Source of the DNA: Eledone cirrhosa
Taxonomy: Eukaryota
Reading direction: 5' to 3'
NCBI GenBank assembly: GCA_964016885.1
Contig: OZ024740.1
Coordinates: 289,540,001 to 289,604,000 of the forward strand
Length of the DNA stretch: 64,000 nt
Shown here: positions 51,925 through 64,000 of the stretch, in pieces
How positions within the stretch are numbered: position 1 is the stretch's first letter
How the letters are laid out: each line of letters opens with the position of its first letter
Made by a program: the position numbers and the translations under genes
The notes under the pieces: generated by a model
The model's database searches: none
The model's input: the letters and a program-made list of their open reading frames with translations, nothing else
What the model was told of the DNA's origin: nothing

Positions 51925-54900
51925 GTTACTGCGGGGTTGTTTTATACCCCGTGAATAGAACAACCCCAACACCGTTTTGTAGGTGTTTCCGTCTTCCCTC
52001 TCTTTGTCTTCCTCAACCTACAGGTTTATATACAGAGAACGTCGGCCATTTTCGCCACATTCACCCACCTTTCAGCGAATTTTCTGGGGCGTAGCACCTC
52101 TCTCTCCACTCTCACCTTCCTTCTGAAATGGTATATAAAGAAGAGGATGAGTTGTTGTCCGGAGAGGAAGGCATTTGCCCTCAGTCCTTTCAACCTCGTC
52201 CATCAAATTACCTCTTTCGCCATAGCCACCAGACAGAGAAAAACTGCCTCTCCTTCATTCTTAAATGAAGGCGGCGGGGTGATCCCCACAATGGACTCGG
52301 CTGACAACTGGTTGTGTCCCACATGTGACAGTAACTCTTCGACATAATTCCACAGGTCGGTCACCCCTGGGCACTGAACAATTGCGTGCAGAACGGTTTC
52401 AATGTCCTGCTCGCCTCTTGGACAGGTCCTTTTGGCAGGATCTCTGCCAGGGCGTCTGTGCCTGTAGATTTTGTCTCGAACTGGTAGAGCTCCTCGGTAG
52501 CACTGCCAGGCCAGAGACCTCTGGAAGTTATGCTAGAGACTCCCCGAGAACGTCGTTGCACGTATCCTCCACTAATCCCCTATAGAATGTGGATGTGGAG
52601 TCTCAGCTGATTGTCGTTTCCACTTGGTAGAAGGCTGTGAGCGCATAAACGCACTCGAGTTGCCAGGCGCCCATTTTCGGTCTTCGCTTGACCCAAGGCT
52701 GCATCTGTTAGCGAGACGCGTTGTGGAAATGCACGTCTTTCAAACGACAACCACATCGATTTACCGTTCAGGAACACCTGGAGATGGCATAGCCTCAGCA
52801 CGTGTTTGCACATCATCAGCCATGGCATGTCCAGCTTTCCGTTAGAAGGATGTTGGCAGTAGATGGATCTCCTCACTAATGGAGTCTGTTTCTTCCAAAT
52901 GAACTTGAATAGTAGACGGTCCATTTTGGTGAGGTGATCGCGGGGACAAGGCACGACCGTCAAGTGCTAGTAGGAAACGAACGTTATGTAAGTGTTCGCC
53001 TCTGCTCAACCTTTTAAGGAGTGTTTGCACTCAGCCCACTTCTGGGTGAGTGCAAATACCTTTGCCGTGACATCGTTCCAGTTTTTGTCCACCTAGAGGG
53101 CTGGACCAAAACATACCCCGAGAAATTTCACCAGTCCTTCCGTCCAGCGTCCAACGACGTTGTCGGACGGCATGGGTTTGCCTCTCCATGTGCCGAGTTG
53201 CAAACCGACAGACTTATTCGGGTTTAGTTTTGCTCCTGTCAACGTTTCGTATTCCTGTAATAAGTTGCCGATTACCCCGATTCCCAAGGTTTTCGATACC
53301 ATTAGGGTCCCGTCGTCGGCATAGGTTGACGCTACTTTTCGCAGTCCTGGTTCCACCGGGATGCTCTGCAACAGGTCCAACTTCCGCAGTAGTGGCTCGA
53401 GAGTCAGTACATACAGAATGGAGGAGAGAGAGCATCCTTGACGGATGGAACGCATGATTTGAAATGGCTCCGATAAGTAGCCATTCACTTTGACTGCCGA
53501 GTAGATGTTGCTGTGCATTCCAGTGATCCAGCCTCTGAAGACGGGACCGCTTGAGAACCGCTTCCAAGTATTGATGGTCAACCCTATCAAATGCGTTAGA
53601 TTGATCTAAATTGATCAGAGCCCCACCGAAGCCAGGTTTACACACTACCCTATCTTTGATGTATCACATGAGGCGGAGGTTGTCGTGTATAGACCCGGTC
53701 GGGATTGCACACGTTTGCGCTTCTCCCACCAGGTGCTCGACGACGAGCGCCAGCCTCGTTGTTAAAACCTTGGCCAAAATCTTTTCTTTAACACTGTGTT
53801 GAACAGAGTTATGGGCCTGAAGCTGCTTATGTTATCCTCTTTGTTCTCACATTTCCTGATCAGCGTTACTACGCTTCTGCTTACATAATTGGGAATTCTC
53901 CCGTTCTGCTGCCAGTCGCAGTAGACCGCTTCGAGGAGCTCAGAGAACAAGTCTGGCATGCCTATGTAAAATTCATAGGGTAGACCATCAGGGTTATTTG
54001 CATTTCCCACAGCGTCCTAGGGCGTCTTCTATTTCGGCCGCTGTGATTGTCCTTTCGCAGCCCTTTGTATCCGTGTTCGAGAGTCGTGGTAGGCCGTCGA
54101 GGTAGGAACTGAAGTCCATCACCCCTCTCGACGCACCGCTCTGTCCGAACTGTTGTGCAAAGTGAGGCAGAGCACGTGTTCTACTTCTGACAATACAACC
54201 TTCGTGTTTCACCTTGAAGAACTGGTCTAGTGCCGTTCTCACCGCTAGCACGTCTGCTGTACTCCTAAAGGCCTCTTCTACTTTGGCTACTGGTTCCTTT
54301 TCAGTTTTGTTCTTCTTCAAAGCAACTTCCTTGCTAAAGGTTATTGATTCTACTCTAATTGCTCTCTTGATAGAGCACCACAACCTGTTGTTGACGCACC
54401 CCACCCCCCCCGTGAACTGGCGTTTAACTAAAGTGCTAATCTGTTTACTGTAGGTTTTACGCGTCGGGTGCGACATGTTTAGCTTCCAGTATACGGGTCC
54501 CTGTCTATGTGTTCTATCAAGGTTGACTATGCTGGTCACTAATTTGTGGTCTGAATCGGAAACCATGTGCATTTGTGGACAGCTTAATGTTTCCCTATCA
54601 TTTTGGCTAATTAGAAATCTATTTAAATAAGATCTAGAAGACCCAGTGCAGTTGCTCCACGTCCACAGTGATGCACTTGGGAAATCTAGTCGATAGCTAT
54701 CAGCCAGTTGGACTTGGATGATACGATTTTTGAGGCTATTACTCCCCCTACTATCACATGTCCCTACATAGTCCCAACGTGCGTCTAAGATACCATTCCA
54801 GTCCCCCATTAACATTAAAGAGCGAGACGTTCCCAGGACTGACTCCAGACGCTTAAAGAACTCTGGTCGCGATGTCCCAGTTGGGGCACATACGGCCACC

Positions 54901-56800
54901 AGTCTGAAAGCTCCACTTTCATTACCATTCACGTCTAGGACCACCAAATTGCCCTCCGTGTCCAAGTAGATTGTCTGTACTTTGAGATCCAGGTTTTTTC
55001 GAAACAAAACAGCAACTCCCCATCCACCTCCTGGTTAACAGAAAGATGTGTAGATCTCAAAGTCATCAAACATGGGGGTTAACTGCTGATTATCGTGAAT
55101 CCTAGTCTCGCTGACGGCTAACACATCTATACAGTGTGACCTGGGGTCATTTAAAAATTGGCCCTGTTTCCAGAACACCCCCAGGCCACGCACATTCAAA
55201 CATCCATCTCGTACAGTAGCCATGTTGCTGAAGAAGAGTTAGGGAAAGAAAAAGTCAGATACACTTACCTTTTAGTTTCCATGTCCAGATTGAGAGTGCT
55301 TGGGGAGGGAGGGAATCCATTTAGCAAAACACGGTTAAGAGGATTTTGACAAGGGGGCCCCACATCATGTGGGAAGTTCTGTCTGATGGTTTTGTATTGC
55401 AGGTCTGTGACCCTGATTAGTTTCAGGTTTGTGGGTGTGTCATTGTTTGGGAAAGTTTTCCCTTCTGTTTGGATGGTGTGGGTCTTTTCGGACAGTTTCT
55501 TATGTATGTGTAGTGTGTTTTGCTTTCATGTGTGCTGTTTCTACTTGTAGTTTTCTTTTTGTGGTTGAGGTTTGTGATTGTGGTGGTATGGGCGTTTGTT
55601 TTGTTGGTGAAGTGTTTGGTTGTGTTGGTGGTGATTGTGTTGTTGGTGTAGTTGTCGTTTGTGGTGGTGTGTTTATGTCGGTGTTGGGTGTGTGCTTGTT
55701 TTCTGTGGATGTTTTTGTTTTTGTATTTTTTCTGAATCTTTTCTGTTTCTTGGATTTTTGGGGTTCTTCTTCATCCTCACTTGGAGATGTAGAGGTTCCC
55801 GTGTCTGAGACTTCTGAAACAGGGGGTAGATGGGAGGGGTGTGTTGTGTGGTGGAGCGTTTATGCAGGTGTTTGTGGAAGTATTTGACAGAGAGGGAGGA
55901 GGCAAGGGAGGGTTTTTCAGTAGGGTTTTGTGTGTATTGTTGTCTCTGGTCTGTGGTAGTGTGGGAGTGGATGTTGCGAGTTTTTGTATTGCTGTGTTTG
56001 GTTTCGGGTGTTGGTGTTGGGGTTTTGGTGTTGATAGTAGCATCTTGTTTGCTTTTGGTTTGTTTAAGAGAGGGCAAAAGGCTTTTAAGTGTGTGCTTTT
56101 TCAACAGTTATGGCACTGAGGCTTTTTCCCTTCCACTAAAATGGAGATGACATCTTCCTCAAGGACGATCCTGTCCGGGATTTTCTAAACTCTCTCTGGC
56201 CTCATTTGTACCAGAACCTCGATACAGGTTCCAAACCAATTATTCCGGTCTGTCCTATCTACAGATAGGAGAGTGTCCTCACCCTTCATCAGAATGCAGC
56301 GTACCTTCATCAGAATGCAGCGTAAGATCCACCATATGTTGACCTCTGTTGGTATTTTTGTTATTTTTATTTTATAGGTTCTTCTTCCCATATATATAGG
56401 GAAGAAGATGTGTTGACCCGTTTTATTGGGTGAGTCAAGTGTTTTTGAGCCAGGGTTTCGCTCCTAAAGAGCACTGATATACTTCCATATTGTTTGGCTT
56501 TCTGTAGATATGCCACGTCTGGCATTGTGTCTTTCAACGCGGCTTCAATTGTTCTTGTGGGAAGTGTCAGTGTTTTCTTTTGTATTTATATCAACAGTTC
56601 TGTAGATCAGTTTTTTCTCTGTGTCAGCTCTCGCATTTGTTGGGGCATATGTATGTGTGGGGTGTCTCCCTCAAACGTAACATAGTTGGAAGCTTCTTCA
56701 TAGGATAGGATAATACTTAAGTTCATGCTGCTTAGCAACGGTTACTGCAAATGAAATGTTGTTATTGTTGTTGTAGGCGATGGTCTCATTCGTTGTGTTG
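51925..56800 (-). mobile_element. Decayed full-length L1/Tx1-clade LINE (ORF1 ~55330-56790; ORF2 APE-RT 55223-~52020)
   Basis: GCLNVRGL, AVSETR, MGDWN, SDHK, PDGLPYEFY, FRPITL, LDQSNAFDRVDH, IRQGCSLS, YADD; 3' end abuts (TC)n. Confidence 0.9.
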
Positions 56801-57446
56801 TGGCTGATTCCTTTTATAGATAGATAGATAGATTGATAGATAGACAGATTGGTAGTGAAGTAGGTAGGTTGGTAGGTAGGTAGGTAGATAGGTAGGTAGG
56901 TAGATAGGTAGGTAGGTAGGTAGGTAGGTAGGTAGGTAGGTAGGTAGGTAGGTAGGTAGGTAGGTAGGTAGGTAGGTAGGTTGGTAGGCAAGTAAGTAGG
57001 TAGGTAGGTCGGTCAGTCGGTAGATAGATATGTTTCTTTATTTGTGACAAGAGCGCACAAGAAATGGGACATTACAAGACGTGACGGCGAGGGTTTTGCA
57101 TGGAAATTGTGTAAACTTTATAGCTAGCTAGCTAGTTAGATAGATATATAGATAGATAGATAGATTGATTAGTAGGTGTGTAGGTATTATGTAGGTAGGT
57201 ATAAGATAGATAGAGAGGAAGCGGGATAAATAGAAATATGGCTAGAACAAAAATGACAGATCGATAGAATTCACAGATGGATGAATAGAAAAAGAGAGAA
57301 AAACAGAAAAAAATAGATAGATAGGTAAAGAGAGACAAAGAGACAGGGGGTAAAGGAAACAGAGAGAGTGAGATGAGGGTGGGAGGGAAAGCAAACACAG
57401 CTATAAAGAGATGGAAAGCGAAAGAGGAGGAAGAGAGAAAGAGGGT

Positions 57447-57482
<36 letters not shown>

Positions 57483-58359
57483 AAGAGAGGGGGAGATAGA
57501 TAGGTAGATAAATAGGTAGATAGATAGATAGATATAGAGAGCTAGATAGGCATGTAGAGAAATAGAGAGGGATAGAAGAGAGAGGGAAGAGACAGAGAAA
57601 TACAGAAAGACAAAGCAAGAGAGAAACGTGAGGTAAAAGGAGAAGAAAAATACCAGCATTTATTGAATATCAGTTTAACAATAGATTAAGAATAAATGGA
57701 GGATGTTTGCAGCAGAGTTATCCAAAATTGGTAAGGTCTAGCAATTATAGTTAGTGGAGTAATGCAGTTCATTACTACATTCTTCTCTCCTTCTTGGCAT
57801 AAAAGAATCAAATCAGCTATCTGTCTCTCCAAGAGACTCGCTCCAAAAGACTAGATAGCAGCCAATGTACTATAAACCAGGTCATCTGAGCTTTTCCATC
57901 ACAATAGAAATATCGAGAAATCTATGAACATTTTTATTCTGAGTTTTTATGTTTTGTTTGTTTGTTAGTTCGTTTGTATAAAATGTCACCTGACATATTT
58001 TGCTTATTATATGTGTTGGGTGGGAGAAGAATATTTTTAGGTAGGTAGGTTTGTGTGTTTTGTTGTATATTTGTAATAGTTTTTTTTCTGTTTTTCTCTT
58101 TTTCATAATTATTTTTATTGATTATTTTCTCTTTTCATATTTCTGTATTTATATACACAACATTCAGATCACCTGACTTGGAAAATACCGGTGGCGCCGA
58201 GAACGGAGACTTGTGTATATGGGTGACTGTTGGTCTACCACAAAATGCCTTGTCCAGGCATGAACGAAGAGCGTCTATAACATACATACATACATGCATG
58301 TAAGTATACATACATACATATATACATACATATATACATACATACATGCATACATACAT

Positions 58360-58885
58360 AGTGGCTGCAAACTCTGCTAAGAGTATTGCAATTGCTTGTC
58401 AGATTACAGAAAATGGTGCACTTTTAGGCTACGGCCAGTCACACGAACCTATAACATATCCTGAACAAGCAATGCCTGTGCTTTGAAGGTTTCTTAAGTG
58501 GGGAAAGGCCTTGCACTCGACCAATCCCACTCTCTGGGCATCGAAAGCACTAACCGAAAAGGAGAACTGGTAAAGATCATCGGGTGCTTCTGAAGCTGAA
58601 GGTTTTTATTTTCCAGAGTTGCCCTCTCCTAGAAAGTTGTTATCAGAACAACTGGGGGCATTTCACTCCCAGGTGAAAAAAAAGTACAGTTTGGATGGCC
58701 ATTGACTCTGCTGAGTTCCTCCGCCCTTTGTCGAGTCTTGTATTTCATCCCGCAGGGTGTCCAAATATCACCCACCTCACCAAGCAAGCTTGGTGGGGTT
58801 GGCTGTTTAGTTGCCGACGACCCCACCATGAAACAGGGTATACTGGGTTACATGTTACTAGTAGCACTCGAGAGCGACCTGTCAT
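58360..58885 (-). mobile_element. Non-autonomous RTE derivative, related subfamily
   Basis: Similar to 22433-23041; (TACA)n on both sides. Confidence 0.75.
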
Positions 58886-59789
58886 ACATACATGCATACA
58901 TACATGAATACATACATACCTACATAAATGCATACACACTACACTCATACATACGGCCTGCTTGATTTGAAATAATATAGCCATTTCTCGACGAATCTTC
59001 ACAAAATTTGACACAGAGTTCCAGATCCAGCTCCAACCCTCAAAAGAAAACATACCAAGTTCCAGCTGCCCCTTTGGTTAAACTGCAAGATTCAAGACAG
59101 GAGAAAGACTGAAAGTTTTAATGAAGTGGGAGAAAGGAAAGAAGCATCTAAGACTGTTTAAGATACGCCAGTTTGTGACTTGAAACTATGCCCTTTATCT
59201 CACCTCCATTTTCACGTACACGGTCATCTCTATATGATTGTATGTGTGTGAGTGAATGTGTGTGTGTGTGTTTGCGTGTCTGTGTATGTGTATATGAGTG
59301 CATATGAATTCATACATACGGATTACGTGAATGTATATGTAGGTAGGTGCTTATGTATATGTCGATGTGAGTATATATTCATATATACGCATATAATTAC
59401 AAAACAGTGCGTCAGTGTCACTGAGAGTGTAAGTGTATGTTTGTTAATCCGTGTGTATTTCAGTAACTAAATATAAACATTGTATAATTTAAATTTAGGA
59501 TATGTAGTACTCGGATAACGCCGGGTTGTACTACTAGTATATAATCAGACGAGATCACCTTCGCAATTTCAAGACTAAAGCGTCCTCTACGAGCGATCAG
59601 TCAAAGAAAGAAAAAAGGGAGATAAGCCTTTCATTGAATTATATTCATACTCTATTTGCATCTATACATTTTGTGTAGAGCACCTCCCGCCCCAGAGTTT
59701 TCGGCACACTCGTCTAGATACACGTAGACCCACACCTATATACACACATATACACAGACAGACAGAAAATATACATGTATATATATATA

Positions 59790-60322
59790 TACACGTATAT
59801 ATATAATATGTAGAAGGATAACACACTAGAGAGAGAGAAAGTGTGTGTGTGCGATCAAAAAACGGAAATAACACAAGTGTATGATTCCGTTTATATTTGG
59901 ATATTTTGCTCCTTATAACAGTCTTTCCTCTCTCTCTTTGGTTGAGAACTTCTCTTTGAGTGGTTTCGGACTGCCATTTCTGGTGGCTCATCCCTCATGG
60001 ACTGCTGGTTCACTGCCCTTCTCACGCTATCACTTCTCTCTACCGCCTGGTGTAGGACGGTTATCTTAAGTATTTTACAGTTGTCTGGAATGTATCTGCT
60101 AAGCACACGCTGATGACCCATTGGTATTTACATTTCAGTCACTAATATAGTGGCGGAACGAATCCTTTTGGATTTGTACGTGTGTGTTATATAGTTATAG
60201 AGGTGCGTATACACGTCTTGATTTATATCTTTAATTATTATGTGTCTACCTTACCTTTCATAGTTTATAGATTCCATACATTGGTGGTTTCCCTGTTTTT
60301 TGATCGCACACACACACACACA

Positions 60323-60369
<47 letters not shown>

Positions 60370-60500
60370 CTCTCTCTCCTCTCTCTCTAGTGTGTTATCC
60401 TTTCTACATATTGTATTTTGAAGAACTCAGGATTCCTTTTCCTTTGAGCACATAATTTACAGGGAATAACGCAAGTCTATGACTCTGTTAATATTTGAAT
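59790..60500 (+). mobile_element. Mini-PLE derivative with inverted arms and hammerhead
   Basis: Arms ~59805-59885 / 60275-60413; HHR 60104-60184 cacacg-CTGATGA..GGAA-cgaatcc tttt ggatttg-TA-cgtgtg (one core substitution). Confidence 0.75.
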
Positions 60501-60574
60501 ATATATATATAACATACACACACACGCACTCACACATACCCGACCCATAAAAATATACATACATACATACATAC

Positions 60575-60638
<64 letters not shown>

Positions 60639-60649
60639 TAAAGTATAAA

Positions 60650-60932
60650 CTAGAAAAGTCCCTTCCGAGGCACAAGTCCTGGCTAGGATGTTCATGGAAG
60701 ACCAGCTAGTCGCCCATGCATACCAGACTCCTCTCTCCATGCCACCAATGTTGTCCAAGGGAAAGGCAAAGACCGATACAGCTTGACACCAGTGACGTCG
60801 CAACTCATTTTTGCAGCTGGGTGAACTGGAGCAACGTGAAATAAAGTGTCTTGCTTAAGAACACAACACAAAGCCCGATCCGAGAATCGAACTCACAACA
60901 TCAAGATTGTAAGCCCGACGCTCTAACCACAA
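60650..60932 (-). mobile_element. tRNA-derived SINE, second family (CORE-like)
   Basis: Minus strand gtggttagagcgtcgggcttacaatc..gagttcgattctc tRNA head, then agcaagacactttatttcacgttgctccagttcacccagctg. Confidence 0.8.
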
Positions 60933-60944
60933 ATATATATTTAC

Positions 60945-60975
<31 letters not shown>

Positions 60976-61175
60976 CAAGCATTCGACAACGGTTTTGCTA
61001 ACACAAAACTACAAGCTGCGTTACTATACCATTGTAGAAGTCATTATCATGAGCTATTTAATCCATCGATTTCCCCACCATATGTTGATATATTCAATAC
61101 AATCTGTAATGTTACACCTCATCGTATATGTGCGTGTGTACGCATGTGTACGTATAAATATACATATAATATATG

Positions 61176-62175
61176 TATACTAGCAGCAGGATCCGGTGTT
61201 GCACGGGGTAGGAAACGTGAAATAGCAACAAGCATATGCAAAGATTGTGGAATGTAGCTGTGTACTTTTTGAATTCCTTTATTCTCAGGGAATGATTGAG
61301 GAGCGACGTAAATCAATTGTGTGAAAACCAAGTAGGGATGTATGTTTAAGTAGGGATATTGAGGTGACGAAATCAGCGTGGCAACGTAGCTGCAGCAGAA
61401 GGGGGTCATAGTGCAATTAGCACAAACGCTGGGCGGCACTGGTTGCACTGCGTTTACACAGCAACAAAGGTGCGACAAAAGGGGTCACCGCGGAATTAGC
61501 ACAACCGCTGTTCGGCATACTTGCGCAGGGTGTTCATATTGCGGTGTAGGTGCAACAAAAGGGGTCTTAGTAGAAGTAGCACAGACGTGAGTTTTACGGT
61601 GTCAATAACACGGCAACGTACACAGGGCTCGGATTTGCGCGTGATGAAAGCACGAAGCGTCAACAAGGCGCCGACAAAAATTTTAAGGTCCTCCTCATTT
61701 CCTCAATCCCCTGAAAATGGTCCTGCTTAAAATTAAGTAAGTGTTGTGTCCTCTGTTAAATAAAACAAATTTTTAACGAAATATTATACGCTACTTACGA
61801 TGTTTGAAAATGAAAATAGCATGTAATGCCCAATGCTAATTCGTAAATTTCCTAGAAACCATTAATGGAATCGGAAACTATCTTTGTCCACATCAATGCA
61901 AGGGGACTAACTAATGTGTGCTGCAAATTTCGAGGAAATCGGCAGGATTATATTTAAGTTACGCCTCAAAAAAGCCCCCAAATGACTAAAAAATGCGGTT
62001 TTTCGCTTAATGCGGGCCCTAAGGCAGAAAAAGTTAAAATCCTTTTAGCCCATTGCACTTCAAGAAATATAGGTTACGCATGTGTAAAGTTTGAAAAACA
62101 TCTGTCGGGTACTTCTCGAGTTTTAGGGATTAACAAAGACAGACAGACTGGCATCCTCTGTTTTTATGTATAGAA
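61176..62175 (+). mobile_element. Non-autonomous Helitron/Helentron-like element
   Basis: Starts tactagcag..ccggtgttgcacggg, ends gacagacagac..tttttatgtatag; a similar 5' end lies on the minus strand at ~59505-59545. Confidence 0.55.
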
Positions 62176-62221
62176 AGATATGTACATGCATACAAACACA
62201 CACAGTCGCATACACATACTC

Positions 62222-62520
62222 ACACCTGCTTCATGGTCGAGAACTCGGTGACTAAACCAACTCCCCCACCAGACCCTGGGAGGGGAAGTGGAATCCCAGC
62301 AGAACAAAAAAAAAAAGAAACAAACAAGAGCTGTAAAAAGAGTGGATGGACTCCTCAGAGTCAACGGCCATCGATGGGTTAAATAGCCTCACCAACACGT
62401 AGTTGGTCAAGCGTGGTCAGCACGGCTACACCCTTGACATGACTAAAACTAATTAGAAAGCGGTGGAGGTCAACCAGAGAGGAGTTCCTCCATCATGAGT
62501 GAGAAGGTTCTGAATTGGAT
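62222..62520 (+). mobile_element. RTE 5'UTR-like fragment
   Basis: catggtcg..ggtgactaaacc..cccacca..gagtcaacggccatc shared with the RTE derivatives. Confidence 0.5.
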
Positions 62521-62959
62521 TGGATAAACATATATATTATTACAAGTAATGCATACCTTTCTTAGACACTGATCAGTTACTTATCGATTAGACAAAGTCC
62601 TGCGTTGGAGTCGATTACAATAAGCTAACATATTTTCAAAATTCAAATTCACCGAACACTTCGTAAATTTGATTGCTCTTTTTTTTTTTATATCTACAGG
62701 CCGAAAGATAAAGTTTTATTGTAATGGTAGCGCAGTCACTCGGTTTACGGGTATGTTACTGTTCCCTTTTTCCGTGTGTGTGTGTGTGTGTGTATGAATT
62801 ATGAATTTTGAATGTATTTTAGCTTAATGTTAACAGCTTCAACCCAGGTTTTCAACTATGAGAAATAGACGAACAAGTTAGACAAACTTCAAAATCTGCG
62901 AACAAAGGCATCCCAGTCTCTATTCCTCCATTGTCTACTACATTATCTTGTGTAGTCAC

Positions 62960-63144
62960 AGGGCGGTGGATTGGCAGTATCGGTAGAGGGTCGGACGCCA
63001 TGCTTTCCAGCATAGTTACGTCCCTTTACGATCTGAGTTCAAATCCCGCCGAGGTTGACTTTGCCTTTCATCCTTAAGGGTCGATAAAATAAAGTACCAG
63101 TAATGTACTGGATAATTGCTGGCCTTGTGCCTAAAGTAGAAACA
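62960..63144 (+). mobile_element. Full-length tRNA-derived SINE
   Basis: TSD attatcttgtg(t/c)agtca at 62942-62958 and 63145-63161. Confidence 0.95.
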
Positions 63145-63446
63145 ATTATCTTGTGCAGTCAACAGTATTTAGTCTCCTTATTTTATAACAATTAGGATGT
63201 GATTTGAAGATTTAACTGCAATTTATGGAAAATTTAGCGGCCAAATAGAATCTAACTCCTTAGGTTGTTTTCTTTAATTTATAGAATCGATGGAGCAGTG
63301 TGCTTTTCAACAGGTCTTCTGTCATGTAGCATGGACATAAATGGCAGAAGACCTGCTGGAAGGCACAGAAAGCTCAGAACTGTCAAGAAAGGGTTGACAC
63401 AAGAAAAGGATAGCTGGAGAGAGCGTATCAATTTACAAAGGCAACG

Positions 63447-63689
63447 TTGATGATGATCATCATGATGATGATGATCATGATGACGATGAGGATGGTGATG
63501 ATGATGATGGTGAGGATGATGGTGATGATGATGATGATTATATTGATGATGGTGATGATGATGATGGTGATGATGATGATAATGATGAAGATGATGATGG
63601 TGATGATGATGATGATGGTGATGATGATGGTGATGATGATGATGGTGATGATGATGGTGGTGATGATGATGATAATGATGAAGATGATG

Positions 63690-63740
<51 letters not shown>

Positions 63741-63932
63741 GTGATGATGATGGTGATGATGATGATGGTGATGATGATGATAATGATGAAGATGATGATG
63801 ATGATGATGATGATGGTGATGATGCTGATGATGATGATGAATATGATGATGATGATGATGATGATGGTGGTGATGATGATGGTGAAGGTGATGATGATGA
63901 TGATGGTGATGATGCTGATGATGATGATGAAT

Positions 63933-63965
<33 letters not shown>

Positions 63966-64000
63966 GTGATGAGGATGATAATGATTATATTGATGATGAT
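63447..64000. repeat. Imperfect (GAT)n microsatellite, possibly the tail of a decayed RTE 3' end (63300-63450)
   Basis: Directly visible; upstream INGRRPAGR..WRE. Confidence 0.9.

Overview
AT-rich, microsatellite-saturated eukaryotic intergenic or intronic DNA. The repeat content and SINE types suggest an octopus-like coleoid cephalopod, which is an inference. No host gene is supportable, and most ORFs in the track are microsatellite read-through. The window is a graveyard of retroelements: (1) many Penelope-like elements (PLEs), including one largely intact Neptune-type RT/GIY-YIG ORF and several GIY-YIG fragments; (2) two near full-length R4/Dong-type RLE LINEs plus two 3' fragments, all in (TACA)n; (3) RTE fragments and bipartite non-autonomous RTE derivatives; (4) a decayed full-length L1/Tx1 and a CRE fragment; (5) tRNA-derived SINEs, a hAT MITE and a Helitron-like non-autonomous element. 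The main unexplained structure is a swarm of short fold-back (inverted-repeat) elements embedded in (TA)n. They carry minimal type I hammerhead ribozyme (HHR) motifs, often one per arm; about ten loci could be folded by eye, two with a CCGAUGA core variant. A 509-bp tandem repeat also has a possible permuted hammerhead, resembling a retrozyme. All folds and family calls are by eye and coordinates are approximate.
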